A DNA stretch of 51,717 nucleotides from Candidatus Eiseniibacteriota bacterium (GTDB lineage: Bacteria > Eisenbacteria > RBG-16-71-46 > SZUA-252): NCBI GenBank assembly GCA_035712245.1, contig DASTBC010000035.1, positions 1 through 51,717 on the forward strand. Direction: 5' to 3'. Position 1 is the stretch's first letter, and each line of letters starts with the position of its first letter. The translations under genes and the position numbers were made by a program. Below the pieces are notes generated by a model, which did no database searches, had not been told where the DNA came from, and saw only the letters and a program-made list of their open reading frames with translations. Positions 8,642-18,059 of the stretch are shown in pieces.

Positions 8642-9862
8642 ATGAACGTCCTCGTGTTCACCTCCCTCTACCCGAACAACGTCCAGCCCAATCACGGGAT
8701 CTTCGTGCAGGAGCGGGTCGCGCGCGTGGCACGCCTCCCGGGAATCTCCGTGCGCGTGATGGCGCCTGTTCCCTGGTACCCGCCCTTCCTCCCGGGGGCC
8801 CGGTCCCGATTTCGGCGGGTGCGCGCCGTCGAGTCGTCCGCGGGCCTCGAGGTGCTCCATCCCCGGTACGCGATGATTCCGAAAGTCGGGATGCCCCTCC
8901 ACGGTCCGATGATGTTCCGGTCGCTGCTCGCGCCGCTGCGCGCGCTTCACGAGAGCGCTCGGTTCGGCCTCATCGACGCTCACTATCTCTATCCCGACGG
9001 CTACGCCGCCGTGGAGCTGGGCCGCGCGCTCGGCCTCCCCGTGGTCGTCTCCGCGCGAGGAAGCGACGTGAACCGGTTCGCCGGCTTCCCCCGCATCCGC
9101 CCGATGCTCCGGTCCACGCTCGCCGGGGCGGCGCAGGCGATCGCCGTCTCCGCCGCCCTGCGCGACCGCATGGTGGAGCTCGGAGTCCCGGAATCCAGGA
9201 TCGAGGTGATCCCGAACGGCGTCGATCTCGGCACCTACGCGCCGCGCGACCGCGCCGCGTCGCGCGCGCGCCTCGGGCTGCCGGACCGGAACACGCTCCT
9301 CTACGTGGGAAACCTGGTGCCCGGAAAGGGAGTGGAGGCGCTGATCGAAGGGTTCGCCCTTCTGACACGCGCCGCCGGAGCGTCCGGTCCCGCGGCTTCG
9401 GGCAAGGACGCCGGGCTGGTGATCGTGGGCGCGGGGCCCCTCCGCGCGGCGCTCGAGGAGCGGGCGCACGCTCGCGGCGTCGCGGACGCGGTGCGCTTCG
9501 CGGGCGAGGTGCCGCACGCGGCGCTGGGCGACTGGTACTCGGCGGCCGACGCGCTCTGCCTCGTGAGCGAACGGGAAGGATGGCCCAACGTCCTCCTGGA
9601 AGCGCTCGCCTGCGGGACTCCGATCGTCGCGACGCGCGTGGGCGGGATCCCGGAGATCGTGACGTCGGACCAGTTCGGGATCCTCACCGGGAGCGACCCG
9701 CGCGAGATCGCGCAGGCGGCCCGGGCCTCGCTGGAACGGGACTGGGACCGCGCCGTGCTGCGGGCCCATGCGGAGCGCTTCACCTGGGAGCGCGCCGCCG
9801 CATCCGTGGGACGCGTGTTCGAGAGGGCCCTCGCGGCCGGTCCCGCGGCGGTGGCGCGATGA
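8642..9862 (+). CDS. Glycosyltransferase family 4 (GT-B fold)
   Basis: MNVLVFTSLYPN...GIFVQERV at the N-terminus and a C-terminal GT1-type core (LLYVGNLVPGKGV...SEREGWPNVLLEALACGTPIVATRVGGIPEIV, the E-x7-E region). Confidence 0.85.
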   Translation: MNVLVFTSLYPNNVQPNHGIFVQERVARVARLPGISVRVMAPVPWYPPFLPGARSRFRRVRAVESSAGLEVLHPRYAMIPKVGMPLHGPMMFRSLLAPLRALHESARFGLIDAHYLYPDGYAAVELGRALGLPVVVSARGSDVNRFAGFPRIRPMLRSTLAGAAQAIAVSAALRDRMVELGVPESRIEVIPNGVDLGTYAPRDRAASRARLGLPDRNTLLYVGNLVPGKGVEALIEGFALLTRAAGASGPAASGKDAGLVIVGAGPLRAALEERAHARGVADAVRFAGEVPHAALGDWYSAADALCLVSEREGWPNVLLEALACGTPIVATRVGGIPEIVTSDQFGILTGSDPREIAQAARASLERDWDRAVLRAHAERFTWERAAASVGRVFERALAAGPAAVAR

Positions 9863-11148
9863 GCGGAGCGGACGCCACCGCCGAGCGCGCGGCCGCGCAC
9901 CGGGCGCTCCCCGACTCGCTCCGGATCCTCCACGTGCTGGATCACAGCCTTCCGCTCCACAGCGGGTACACGTTCCGCTCGCAGCGGATCCTGGCGTCGC
10001 AGCGACGGCGTGGGTGGGAGCCGTGCGCGGTCACCTCGCCCAAGCACGAGGAGTCCTGGCGCCGCCCCACCGAGGCGGTCGAGACGGTGGAGGGGATGCG
10101 CTTCCACCGTTCCGGAGCGGTTCGCCGAGAACGCGTGCCGCTCGTCGGGGAGTGGCGCCTCATCGAGACGCTGAAGCGGCGGGTCGACGACGCGATCCGC
10201 GCGGAGCGTCCGCACGTGGTCCACGCCCACTCCCCGGTGCTGAACGCGATCGCGGCGCTCCGGGCGGCCCGGAAGCACGGCCTGCCGGTCGTCTACGAGA
10301 TCCGCGCGTTCTGGGAGGACGCGGCCGTGGACCACGGCACGTATGCCGAGGGCTCCTGGAAGTACCGTTTGGTGCGGGCGCTCGAGACGGACGCGTGCCG
10401 CCGCGTGGACGGCGTCGCGGTCATCTGCCGCGGGCTCGAGGGGGATCTCGTGGCGCGCGGGATCGATCCCGGGAAATTCGTCGTCATCTACAATGGAATC
10501 GATCCGGACGAGACCCGCATCGCGGCGCCGGACGCCGAGTACCGCGAGGCGTGGGGACTCGCCGGGAAACGCGTGATCGGGTTCATCGGCTCGTTCTACC
10601 GGTACGAGGGGCTCGATCTGCTCGTCGAGGCGGTGGCGCGGCTGCGGCGCGAGCGGGACGACGTGGTGCTCCTCCTCGTGGGCGGAGGGGAGTCGCGCGA
10701 GGATCTCCTCGAACAGGCGAAGACCCTGGGAATCGAGCGGAGCGTGGTCGTGACGGGGCGCATTCCGCACGAGCGGATCGCCTCCGTGTACGCGCTCGTG
10801 GACGTGCTGGCCTTCCCGCGGAAGTCGATGCGCCTGACGGAGCTCGTGACGCCGCTCAAGCCGCTCGAGACGATGGCGATGGGCAAGGCCTTCGTCGCGA
10901 GCGACGTGGGGGGCCACCGCGAGCTGGTGCGGGACGGCGAGACGGGGATCCTCTTCCCCGCAGGCGACGTGGACGCGCTGGTGCGCTCCCTGAACAGGCT
11001 GCTCGACGATCCCGGTTTGCGCCGCGGCATCGAGGAGCGGCAGGTGCCGTGGGTCCGCGCGCATCACTCGTGGGAGCGCACCACCGCTCCGTACGCGGAC
11101 CTCTACGCTCGTGCGCTCGCGAGGCGAACCGAACGAACGGGAGCCTAG
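9859..11148 (+). CDS. Glycosyltransferase family 4; resembles EPS/exosortase-system-associated GT4 enzymes (from memory, unverified)
   Basis: ATG 9859 overlaps the upstream stop (ATGA). Motifs read: RILHVLDHSLPLHSGYTFRSQ...VVHAHSP...IGFIGSFYRYEGLDLL...LKPLETMAMGKAFVASDVGGHRELV. The 411 codons upstream in ORF 8626..11148 are an alternative-frame artefact over the previous gene. Confidence 0.85.
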   Translation: MSGADATAERAAAHRALPDSLRILHVLDHSLPLHSGYTFRSQRILASQRRRGWEPCAVTSPKHEESWRRPTEAVETVEGMRFHRSGAVRRERVPLVGEWRLIETLKRRVDDAIRAERPHVVHAHSPVLNAIAALRAARKHGLPVVYEIRAFWEDAAVDHGTYAEGSWKYRLVRALETDACRRVDGVAVICRGLEGDLVARGIDPGKFVVIYNGIDPDETRIAAPDAEYREAWGLAGKRVIGFIGSFYRYEGLDLLVEAVARLRRERDDVVLLLVGGGESREDLLEQAKTLGIERSVVVTGRIPHERIASVYALVDVLAFPRKSMRLTELVTPLKPLETMAMGKAFVASDVGGHRELVRDGETGILFPAGDVDALVRSLNRLLDDPGLRRGIEERQVPWVRAHHSWERTTAPYADLYARALARRTERTGA

Positions 11149-11152
11149 CGCC

Positions 11153-12238
11153 CTAGCCGAGCACTCGAGCGAGCACGGCGGCGATCCTCTCGCTCGCATG
11201 GCCGTCCCAGAGGTCCGGACAGCGTCCCTCCGTCGCCCCACCGTCGAGAATCGGCGCGGCCGCCGGCAGGATCGAGGCGGGGTCCTCTCCGAGGAGGCGG
11301 TTCGTTCCCTGCGTGACCGTGATCGGCCGCTCCGTGTTGGACCGGAGGGTGAGGCACGGCACCCCCAGCGCGGTCGTCTCCTCCTGGATTCCGCCGCTGT
11401 CGGTGAGGAGGAATCGCGCGCCGTCCATGAGCGCGAGGAAGTCCAGGTAGCCAAGCGGGTCCAGGAGCTGGAGCTCGCCGTCGGCGCGGAAGCCGATCTG
11501 GCGGATCCGCTCCGCGGTTCGCGGGTGCACCGGGAAGACGACGGGAATCCGGCGGGAGAGATCCTGCAGCGCGCCGAGAATGCCGCGAAGCCCCGCCGGC
11601 TCGTCCACGTTGCGCGGCCGGTGGAGCGTCACGACCGCGTATCCACGCGCCTCGAGTCCCAGCCGCTTCACCGTTCCCCGCGACCGCGCCGCCGGCAGGT
11701 GGCGGCGCAGGGTGTCGATCATCGGGTTCCCCACGAGGTGGATCTTCTCGCGCGCGACGCCCTCCGCGACCAGGTTGTCGATCGCGTCGGGGGAGGTCGC
11801 GAAGAGAAGGTCCGAGACCGCATCCGTCACGATCCGGTTGATCTCCTCGGGCATGCCGCGGTCGCGGCTCCGGAGCCCGGCCTCGACGTGCGCGACCGGA
11901 ATGCCGCGCTTCACCGAGACGAGGCTGCACGCCATCGTGGAGTTCACGTCGCCGACGACGAGCACGAGCCGCGTGTCGCGCCCCTGGAGCAGGTCGTCGA
12001 ACGCGATCATGATCCGCCCGGTCTGCCGCCCGTGCGTGTCGCTCCCCACCTCCAGATCCCGGTCCGGCTTCGGAAGCCCCAGCTCGTCGAAGAAGACGCG
12101 CGACATCTCGGCATCGTAGTGCTGGCCGGTGTGCACGAGGTACGGCCGGATCGACGGGTGGGCCCGCAAGGCCTCGAGAATCGGAGCCATTTTCATGAAG
12201 TTGGGCCGGGCCCCCACCACACAGACCACTTCGCTCAC
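11153..12238 (-). CDS. wecB: UDP-N-acetylglucosamine 2-epimerase (non-hydrolysing)
   Basis: VVGARPNFMKMAPI...VHTGQHYD..M...FF..L...PD..L...S......Q.. and DSGGIQEETTALGVPCLTLR are typical WecB/MnaA motifs. GTG start at 12238 overlaps the trpD stop (GTGA). Confidence 0.92.
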   Translation of the reverse strand: MSEVVCVVGARPNFMKMAPILEALRAHPSIRPYLVHTGQHYDAEMSRVFFDELGLPKPDRDLEVGSDTHGRQTGRIMIAFDDLLQGRDTRLVLVVGDVNSTMACSLVSVKRGIPVAHVEAGLRSRDRGMPEEINRIVTDAVSDLLFATSPDAIDNLVAEGVAREKIHLVGNPMIDTLRRHLPAARSRGTVKRLGLEARGYAVVTLHRPRNVDEPAGLRGILGALQDLSRRIPVVFPVHPRTAERIRQIGFRADGELQLLDPLGYLDFLALMDGARFLLTDSGGIQEETTALGVPCLTLRSNTERPITVTQGTNRLLGEDPASILPAAAPILDGGATEGRCPDLWDGHASERIAAVLARVLG

Positions 12239-13266
12239 GCTTCCTCCTCTCGGGACTCCAGCGAGATCTCGATGTAGCGCGCGAGCGTCCGCGACGCCGC
12301 GCCGCAGTCGATCGCATCGGTCGCCAGCCGCAACCCTTCCTCGATCGACTCGCTCTGCTCCGCCACCCAGAGCGCCGCGGCGGCGTTCAGGAGCACGAGG
12401 TCCCGCCGGGGCCCCCGCTCTCCTTCGAGCACCGCGCGCACGATGGCCGCGTTCTCCGCGGCGTCACCGCCCCGGAGCGCGTGCGGCGAGGCCGCCGGCA
12501 GGCCGAGGTCCCCGGCCTCGACGCGCACCCGCCGCGGCTCGCGATCCCCCTCGACGAGGAGCGCCTCGTTCCCCTCCTCGAGCGAGAGCTCGTCGAGGCC
12601 GCCCGCTCCGTGCACCACCAGCGCGCGCCGCACGCCCAGCGCCCCCAGCACGCGAGCCACGCGCTCCAGGCGGTCCCGCTCGGGGATCCCGAGCAGCTGG
12701 TGACTCGCCCGGGCGGGGTTCGCGAGGGGCCCCATCCAGTTGAAGAGAGTCCGCACTCCGAGCGCCTGGCGCACCGGCGCCACGCGACGCATCGACGGAT
12801 GGTACCGCGGCGCGAAGAGAAAGCAGAACCCGGTCGCCTGGAGCGCGCGCGACGCGGCCCGCGGCCCCAGATCCACTCTCGCGCCGAGCGCCTCGAGGAC
12901 GTCGGCGCTCCCGCACCGGCTCGAGACCGAGCGGTTCCCGTGCTTCGCCACGCGCGCTCCGGCCGCCGCGGCGACGAGCGCCACGGAGGTCGAGACGTTG
13001 AACGTGTGCCGGTGGTCGCCACCCGTGCCGCACGTGTCGAGGAGGGGCCCCGGCGGGGACGGAAACGGCACCGCCTCGGACCGGAGCGCCTCGGCCCCTC
13101 CCGCCAGCTCCTCCGCCGTCTCCCCTCGCTGCGCCAGGAGCGCCAGGAACGCGCCCACGAGCGCGGGATCGCACTCGCCGCGCACGATGGCGCGGATCGC
13201 GGCCGCGGACTCGCCGCGGGTCAGCCGCTCCCCGCCGAGGAGGCGCGGGAGAAGCTCGCGCATCAT
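12235..13266 (-). CDS. trpD: Anthranilate phosphoribosyltransferase
   Basis: Starts MMRELLPRLLGG. Has LLDTCGTGGDHRHTFNVSTSVALVAAAAG, KHGNRSVSSRCGSADVLEALG and a MGPLANP-type motif. ATG 13266 overlaps the trpG stop (ATGA). Confidence 0.92.
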   Translation of the reverse strand: MMRELLPRLLGGERLTRGESAAAIRAIVRGECDPALVGAFLALLAQRGETAEELAGGAEALRSEAVPFPSPPGPLLDTCGTGGDHRHTFNVSTSVALVAAAAGARVAKHGNRSVSSRCGSADVLEALGARVDLGPRAASRALQATGFCFLFAPRYHPSMRRVAPVRQALGVRTLFNWMGPLANPARASHQLLGIPERDRLERVARVLGALGVRRALVVHGAGGLDELSLEEGNEALLVEGDREPRRVRVEAGDLGLPAASPHALRGGDAAENAAIVRAVLEGERGPRRDLVLLNAAAALWVAEQSESIEEGLRLATDAIDCGAASRTLARYIEISLESREEEA

Positions 13267-13853
13267 GGCGCCGCGATCGGCGCCCCGGGGACGAGCAGCA
13301 GGAAGTTGCGCAGGATGTCCTTCCCCGCGGTCGTGAGGATCGACTCGGGGTGGAACTGGACCCCCCAGGTCTCGTGATCCTTGTGCCGGAGCGCCATGAT
13401 CTCGTTTTCGGGCGTCCAGGCCATGACCTGGAGCGATTCCGGAAGGCTCTCCCGGGCCACCAGGAGCGAGTGGTAGCGGGTGGCGTGGAACGGATTGTCG
13501 ATCTCGAGGAAGAGCCCGCGTCCCGTGTGGATCACGGCCGAAGTCTTCCCGTGCACGAGCCGGCCGGCCCGGACCACCTCGCCTCCGAAGACCTCGGCGA
13601 TGCACTGGTGTCCAAGGCAGACCCCGAGGATCGGAACGGTCCCCGAGGCGCGCCGGATCACCTCCTTGCTGATCCCCGCGTCCGAGGGGCGCCCCGGACC
13701 CGGTGAGATCACGATGGCGCGAGGCTGGAGCGCGAGCGCCTCGTCGGCCGTGATCTCGTCGTTCCGCTTCACGACCGGCGTGTCGCCGAGCTCCCCCAGG
13801 TACTGGACGAGATTCCACGTGAAGGAATCGTAGTTGTCGATCATCAGGATCAC
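13263..13853 (-). CDS. trpG: Anthranilate synthase component II (glutamine amidotransferase)
   Basis: MIDNYDSFTWNLVQYL...ISPGPG...ILGVCLGHQ...GVQFHPES carries the class-I GATase triad. GTG 13853 overlaps the trpE stop (GTGA); ATG 13844 is the alternative start. Confidence 0.9.
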   Translation of the reverse strand: MILMIDNYDSFTWNLVQYLGELGDTPVVKRNDEITADEALALQPRAIVISPGPGRPSDAGISKEVIRRASGTVPILGVCLGHQCIAEVFGGEVVRAGRLVHGKTSAVIHTGRGLFLEIDNPFHATRYHSLLVARESLPESLQVMAWTPENEIMALRHKDHETWGVQFHPESILTTAGKDILRNFLLLVPGAPIAAP

Positions 13854-15325
13854 GCGTCCAGCCCTCCGGCCGCGAGCCGCACGGCTTCCTCGACGGCCCT
13901 CGCCTTGTCGCAGGTCTCCTTCCACTCCTCGTCCGGATCGGAATCCGCCACGATTCCCGCCCCGACGCCGCACTCCACACGGCCTCCCTGGAAGAGCGCC
14001 GTGCGGATCGTGATGCAGAAGTCCGCGTTCCCGTGGAAGTCGAAATAGCCCATCGCCCCCGCGTAGGCGCCGCGGCGGGAGGTCTCGAGCTCCTCGATCA
14101 GCTCCATGGCGCGCTTCTTCGGCGCGCCGCTCACGGTGCCTGCCGGAAAGCAGGCGCGGAGCACGTCGAAGGCGCCGAGCCCCGGGCGGAGGGTCCCCTC
14201 CACGTGGCTCACGAGGTGCATCACGTGCGAGTACCGCTCGAGCTTCTGGAACTCCGTCGTGCGGACCGTTCCGACCGCCGCGACCCGGCCCACGTCGTTC
14301 CTTCCAAGATCCACCAGCATCACGTGTTCGGCCCGATCCTTCTCGCTCGACTGGAGTTCCGACTCGAGTGCCAGATCCGCGTCCCGGCTCCGCCCTCTCG
14401 GCCTCGTCCCCGCGATCGGCCGGAGCGACACCCGTGTTCCGTTCAGCCGCACGAGGATCTCCGGCGAGGAGCCTGCGACGGCGCGGTCGCCATAGCGCAG
14501 GTAGAACATGTACGGCGACGGATTGAGCACGCGAAGCGCGCGATAGACGTCGAACGGCGCGACCGGAATCGAGCCCTCCAGCCGGTGCGCGAGCACGACC
14601 TGCACCACGTCCCCGGCGCGGATGTGCTCCTTCGCCGCGAGCACCGCCTTCTTGAAGGCGGCCTCGCCCATGTTGCTCGCGAGCCGGACGCTCCCGTTCG
14701 CGCGGGGCGCCGGCGGAGGCGCGGGCAAGGGCGCCGCGAGCCGCGCGATCATCTCCTCGATGGTCGCGCACGCCTCGCGATAGGCGCGATCGGGCTGCGA
14801 TCCCGGTCGGCTCCAGACGACGAACTGGAGCCGGTGGCGAAAGTTGTCGAAGACCAGCACGACGTCCGGGAACACGAAGTGGAGATCGGGGACGTTCCGG
14901 TCGTCCGGGTGCTTCGAAGGCAGCCGCTCCACGAAGCGCACGTAGTCGTAGCCGATCATCCCGACCGCCCCTCCGCTGAACGGAGGAAGGCCCGGCACGG
15001 ACGCGGCGCGGAACTCGCCCAGGAGCTCCCGGAGCGCGTCGAGCGGATCCTCGCGCGTCAGCCGCTCCGTGCGCTCGCCTCGCCGGATCTCCACGGTCGT
15101 GCCGCGGGAGCGGAGCTCGACCGACGGGCGGAATCCCAGGATCGAGTACCGCCCCCACGTCTCGCCGCCCTCCATGCTCTCGAGCAGGAACGAAGCGTCC
15201 CCGCGATCCAGCTTCGCGAACGCGGAGACCGGCGTGTCGAAATCGGCGAGGATCTCCCGGGTCACGGGGATCAGGTTCGACGCGCGGGCGTGGCTCCGGT
15301 ACTCCTCGAGCGTGGGAGTGATCAT
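13850..15325 (-). CDS. trpE: Anthranilate synthase component I
   Basis: 491 aa. Has FLLES, SPEILVR and GTVSGAPKKRAMELIEELE...RGAYAGAMGYF chorismate-binding motifs. ATG 15325 overlaps the recN stop (ATGA). Confidence 0.93.
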   Translation of the reverse strand: MITPTLEEYRSHARASNLIPVTREILADFDTPVSAFAKLDRGDASFLLESMEGGETWGRYSILGFRPSVELRSRGTTVEIRRGERTERLTREDPLDALRELLGEFRAASVPGLPPFSGGAVGMIGYDYVRFVERLPSKHPDDRNVPDLHFVFPDVVLVFDNFRHRLQFVVWSRPGSQPDRAYREACATIEEMIARLAAPLPAPPPAPRANGSVRLASNMGEAAFKKAVLAAKEHIRAGDVVQVVLAHRLEGSIPVAPFDVYRALRVLNPSPYMFYLRYGDRAVAGSSPEILVRLNGTRVSLRPIAGTRPRGRSRDADLALESELQSSEKDRAEHVMLVDLGRNDVGRVAAVGTVRTTEFQKLERYSHVMHLVSHVEGTLRPGLGAFDVLRACFPAGTVSGAPKKRAMELIEELETSRRGAYAGAMGYFDFHGNADFCITIRTALFQGGRVECGVGAGIVADSDPDEEWKETCDKARAVEEAVRLAAGGLDA

Positions 15326-17076
15326 GCTCCTCGTGCCGCCGCGCGCCGCCCTTGCGAGCGTCCCGATCCTCGACGCGACGCGACGGCCTCCGCCGGCTCG
15401 GCATGCGCGGCCTCGAGGAGCTCGCGGGCCTGGCGCCGCGTCGTCTCGGACGCGCGATCGCCCGCCAGGAGCCTCGCGACCTCCCGCTCGCGCTCGTCGT
15501 CGTGGATCGGGCGCACGGTGACGGAGGTGCGGCCGCCCCGCGCGGACTTGCGGACCTCGAAGTGCCGGGATCCGTACGCCGCGATGAGCGGGAGATGCGT
15601 GATGCAGAGGACCTGCCGCTTCGCCCCGAGCGTGCGCAAGAGCTTCCCGACCTCCTCTCCCACGGCGCCTCCGATCCCCTGGTCGACCTCGTCGAAGACG
15701 AGGACCGCGACCTGGTCCCGCTCCGCCATGAGCGATTTGATCGCGAGCATGATCCTCGAAAGCTCTCCGCCGGAGGCGATGCGGCGGAGCGGGCGTTCGT
15801 TCTCGCCCGGGTTCGGCTGGAACGCGAATTCTAGGGTCGGGATCGCGGCAGGGTCAACGGCGGCCCGGGCGCGCTCCGACTCCGCGGCGCGAAGGCGCAG
15901 CGAGGACGCGCCGAGATGGAGCCGCGAGAGCCTCGATCCGACCTCGCGCTCGAACGCGGCAAAGCGGTCGGTGCGGTGCTCCAGGAACGCGTCGAGCCGC
16001 CGCTCGTAGGCCTGGAGCCGGTCCTCGTGCTCCCGTTCGGCGCGGCCGAGGTCCGACCCCGACGGGTCGAGGCCGCGGACCCGCTCCGCAAGCGATTCGC
16101 GCAGAGCGACGAGGCCCGGGAAATCGGTCCGGTGCTTGCGCTTCAAACGCGACAGGCGCGCGAGTCGCTCCTCCAGCGCTTCCAGGTCGAGCGGTTCCTC
16201 GAGGAGTCGTGCTTCCTCGATCTCGAGGCGATCCTCGAGCGCGCGAAGCGACTCCTGGCAGCGCTCCATCTCCTCGAGGAGCGTTCCCGCGGAAGGGTCC
16301 AGGGCGGCCGCCGCCTTGAGCGAGCGACCGGCGCGGCGCAGGAGCTCGAGGGCGCCGCGCTCCTCCGACGCGATGCCCTCGCGCGCCTCGCCGTACCCGC
16401 GCAGGAGCCGGTCGCGATGCTGGAGTCGCTCGCGCTCGCGCTTCAGTCCCTCCTCGTCCCCATCCTCGAGGCGCGCGCCGCGGAGCTCCTCCAGGTCCTC
16501 GCGAAGAGCGTTCTCCTCCGCGCGATCCCGCTCCCACTGCTCGCGGCGTTCGCGAAGGGCGCGCCGTTCCGCGAGGAGCTCCGTGCGCGAGGCCTCGAGC
16601 GCCTGCCGCTCGGTCAAGAGGCCGGCCCACGAATCGAAGAAATCCGCTTGGTGCTCCGGGCGTAGGAGGAGCTGGTGTTCGTGCTGTCCGTGCAGGTCGA
16701 CGAGGATCTCTCCGATCGCGCGAAGCTGTGCGAGGAGCACCGCGCGGCCATTCACGAGCGCGCGCCCCTTCCCGTCGGCCTGGATCTCGCGGCGGAGGAC
16801 GACGCGCCCGTCCTCGGGCTCCACGTCCCGCTCCCGGAGCGCCTCGATCAGGTCGGGTCGCGCGCTCAGATCCAGCACGGCCTCGACCCATCCGCGGCGC
16901 TCGCCCGTCCGGAGCCACGTGCCGTCGGCGCGCTCGCCGAGGAGGAGCCCGATCGAGCCGAGGACGAGCGACTTCCCCGCCCCGGTCTCGCCGGTCAGGA
17001 CGTTGAGACCCGGATCGAGCTCCAGCTCCACCGACTCGACGAGCGCGAGTCCCTGGATGGAGAGCCAGGCGAGCAC
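15322..17076 (-). CDS. recN: DNA repair protein RecN
   Basis: Starts (M)LAWLSIQGLALVESVELELDPGLNVLTGETGAGKS (Walker A). A long coiled coil follows, then the signature ASGGELSRIMLAIK and Walker B LVFDEVDQGIGG. Start set at GTG 17076, 2 nt after the nadK stop. The N-terminal 193 codons of ORF 15322..17655 overlap nadK and are rejected. Confidence 0.9.
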   Translation of the reverse strand: MLAWLSIQGLALVESVELELDPGLNVLTGETGAGKSLVLGSIGLLLGERADGTWLRTGERRGWVEAVLDLSARPDLIEALRERDVEPEDGRVVLRREIQADGKGRALVNGRAVLLAQLRAIGEILVDLHGQHEHQLLLRPEHQADFFDSWAGLLTERQALEASRTELLAERRALRERREQWERDRAEENALREDLEELRGARLEDGDEEGLKRERERLQHRDRLLRGYGEAREGIASEERGALELLRRAGRSLKAAAALDPSAGTLLEEMERCQESLRALEDRLEIEEARLLEEPLDLEALEERLARLSRLKRKHRTDFPGLVALRESLAERVRGLDPSGSDLGRAEREHEDRLQAYERRLDAFLEHRTDRFAAFEREVGSRLSRLHLGASSLRLRAAESERARAAVDPAAIPTLEFAFQPNPGENERPLRRIASGGELSRIMLAIKSLMAERDQVAVLVFDEVDQGIGGAVGEEVGKLLRTLGAKRQVLCITHLPLIAAYGSRHFEVRKSARGGRTSVTVRPIHDDEREREVARLLAGDRASETTRRQARELLEAAHAEPAEAVASRRGSGRSQGRRAAARGA

Positions 17077-17078
17077 GG

Positions 17079-18059
17079 CTACTTCCGCGCGGCGCGGACC
17101 CGCGTCGCGCGCGTCCCGGATCGCGACCTGCCCCGCGCGCGCCCTTCGGCGCGGCGCGCCAGGTCGCCCGGAAGCCGCGGCAGCGTTCCCGCGCGGCCGT
17201 GCGGCAGCTCCGCCCACGCGAGCTTGGCGCGCAGCACCTCGTAGAACATGCCCGGCTCGAGGAGCACGACCTGCACGTGCGATTCGGAGCGGCGGAACGT
17301 GACGACGTCGTCGAACGCGAGCGGGCGCGACACCTGGCCGTCCACCGTCACCGCGGCCGGCGCGTGTCCCGGACGGACGCTCGCGGTCACGGTCTCGCCC
17401 GCGCCGATCACGAGGGGACGGAAGGCGAACGTGTGCGGGCTGATCGGGGTCGCGAGGAGCGCGTCCACGAGAGGGCTCACGATGGGACCGCCGGCGGAGA
17501 GCGAGTACGCGGTCGAGCCCGTGGGAGTGGCGACGATGAGTCCGTCCGCGACGAGCGTGCCCGCCAGGGTCCTCCCGATGCGCACGTCCATCGCCACGAC
17601 GCGCGAGCGGTCCCGCGCGTGAATGACGGCGTCGTTCAGGCCCGCCGCGGTCCACGTCCTTCCCGAGCGGGACCGGACCGTGGCCTCGACCATGAGGCGC
17701 GACTCCACGGTGAAGTCCCCTTCGAAGACCCGCCGGAGCGCCGGCTGGAGCGATTCGGCGCCCGTCTCGGTGAGGAAGCCGAGCCCTCCCAGATTCACTC
17801 CGAACACCGGAACTCCGGTGCGAGCGGCGGCGCGCGCGGCGTGGAGCATCGTGCCGTCGCCTCCGAGCACGAGGAGCAGGTCCACGTTCCCCGCGAGCGT
17901 CGAGAGAGGCGGTCCCGCCGTTCCACGGCCGAGCCCACGCGCCACCGTGGCGCGGTGGCCCTCGGAGCGGATCCAGCGAACGAGCCGCGGCAGGAGCGCG
18001 CGGACGTCCGGCTTGTCCCGGTTCCCGAAGATCCCCACGTGCCGGGGCGGGAGGGTCAT
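17079..18059 (-). CDS. nadK: NAD(+) kinase
   Basis: MTLPPRHVGIFGN...LLLVLGGDGTMLHAAR...PVFGVNLGGLGFLTE...GLIVATPTGSTAYSLSAGGPIV. ATG 18059 overlaps the dxs stop (ATGA). Confidence 0.9.
   Translation of the reverse strand: MTLPPRHVGIFGNRDKPDVRALLPRLVRWIRSEGHRATVARGLGRGTAGPPLSTLAGNVDLLLVLGGDGTMLHAARAAARTGVPVFGVNLGGLGFLTETGAESLQPALRRVFEGDFTVESRLMVEATVRSRSGRTWTAAGLNDAVIHARDRSRVVAMDVRIGRTLAGTLVADGLIVATPTGSTAYSLSAGGPIVSPLVDALLATPISPHTFAFRPLVIGAGETVTASVRPGHAPAAVTVDGQVSRPLAFDDVVTFRRSESHVQVVLLEPGMFYEVLRAKLAWAELPHGRAGTLPRLPGDLARRAEGRARGRSRSGTRATRVRAARK

Noticed and set aside
7703-9769. N-terminal 689 codons of ORF 7070..9769 (899 aa).
   Set aside because: Only the last 210 codons (trpF) are recognisable. 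The rest overlaps trpC in another frame and lies antisense to the GT4 gene.
9301-12317. ORFs 9301..11454 (-), 11111..12277 (+) and 11145..12317 (-).
   Set aside because: They are shadows of the GT4 genes and wecB, with no motifs and extreme Arg/Pro content.
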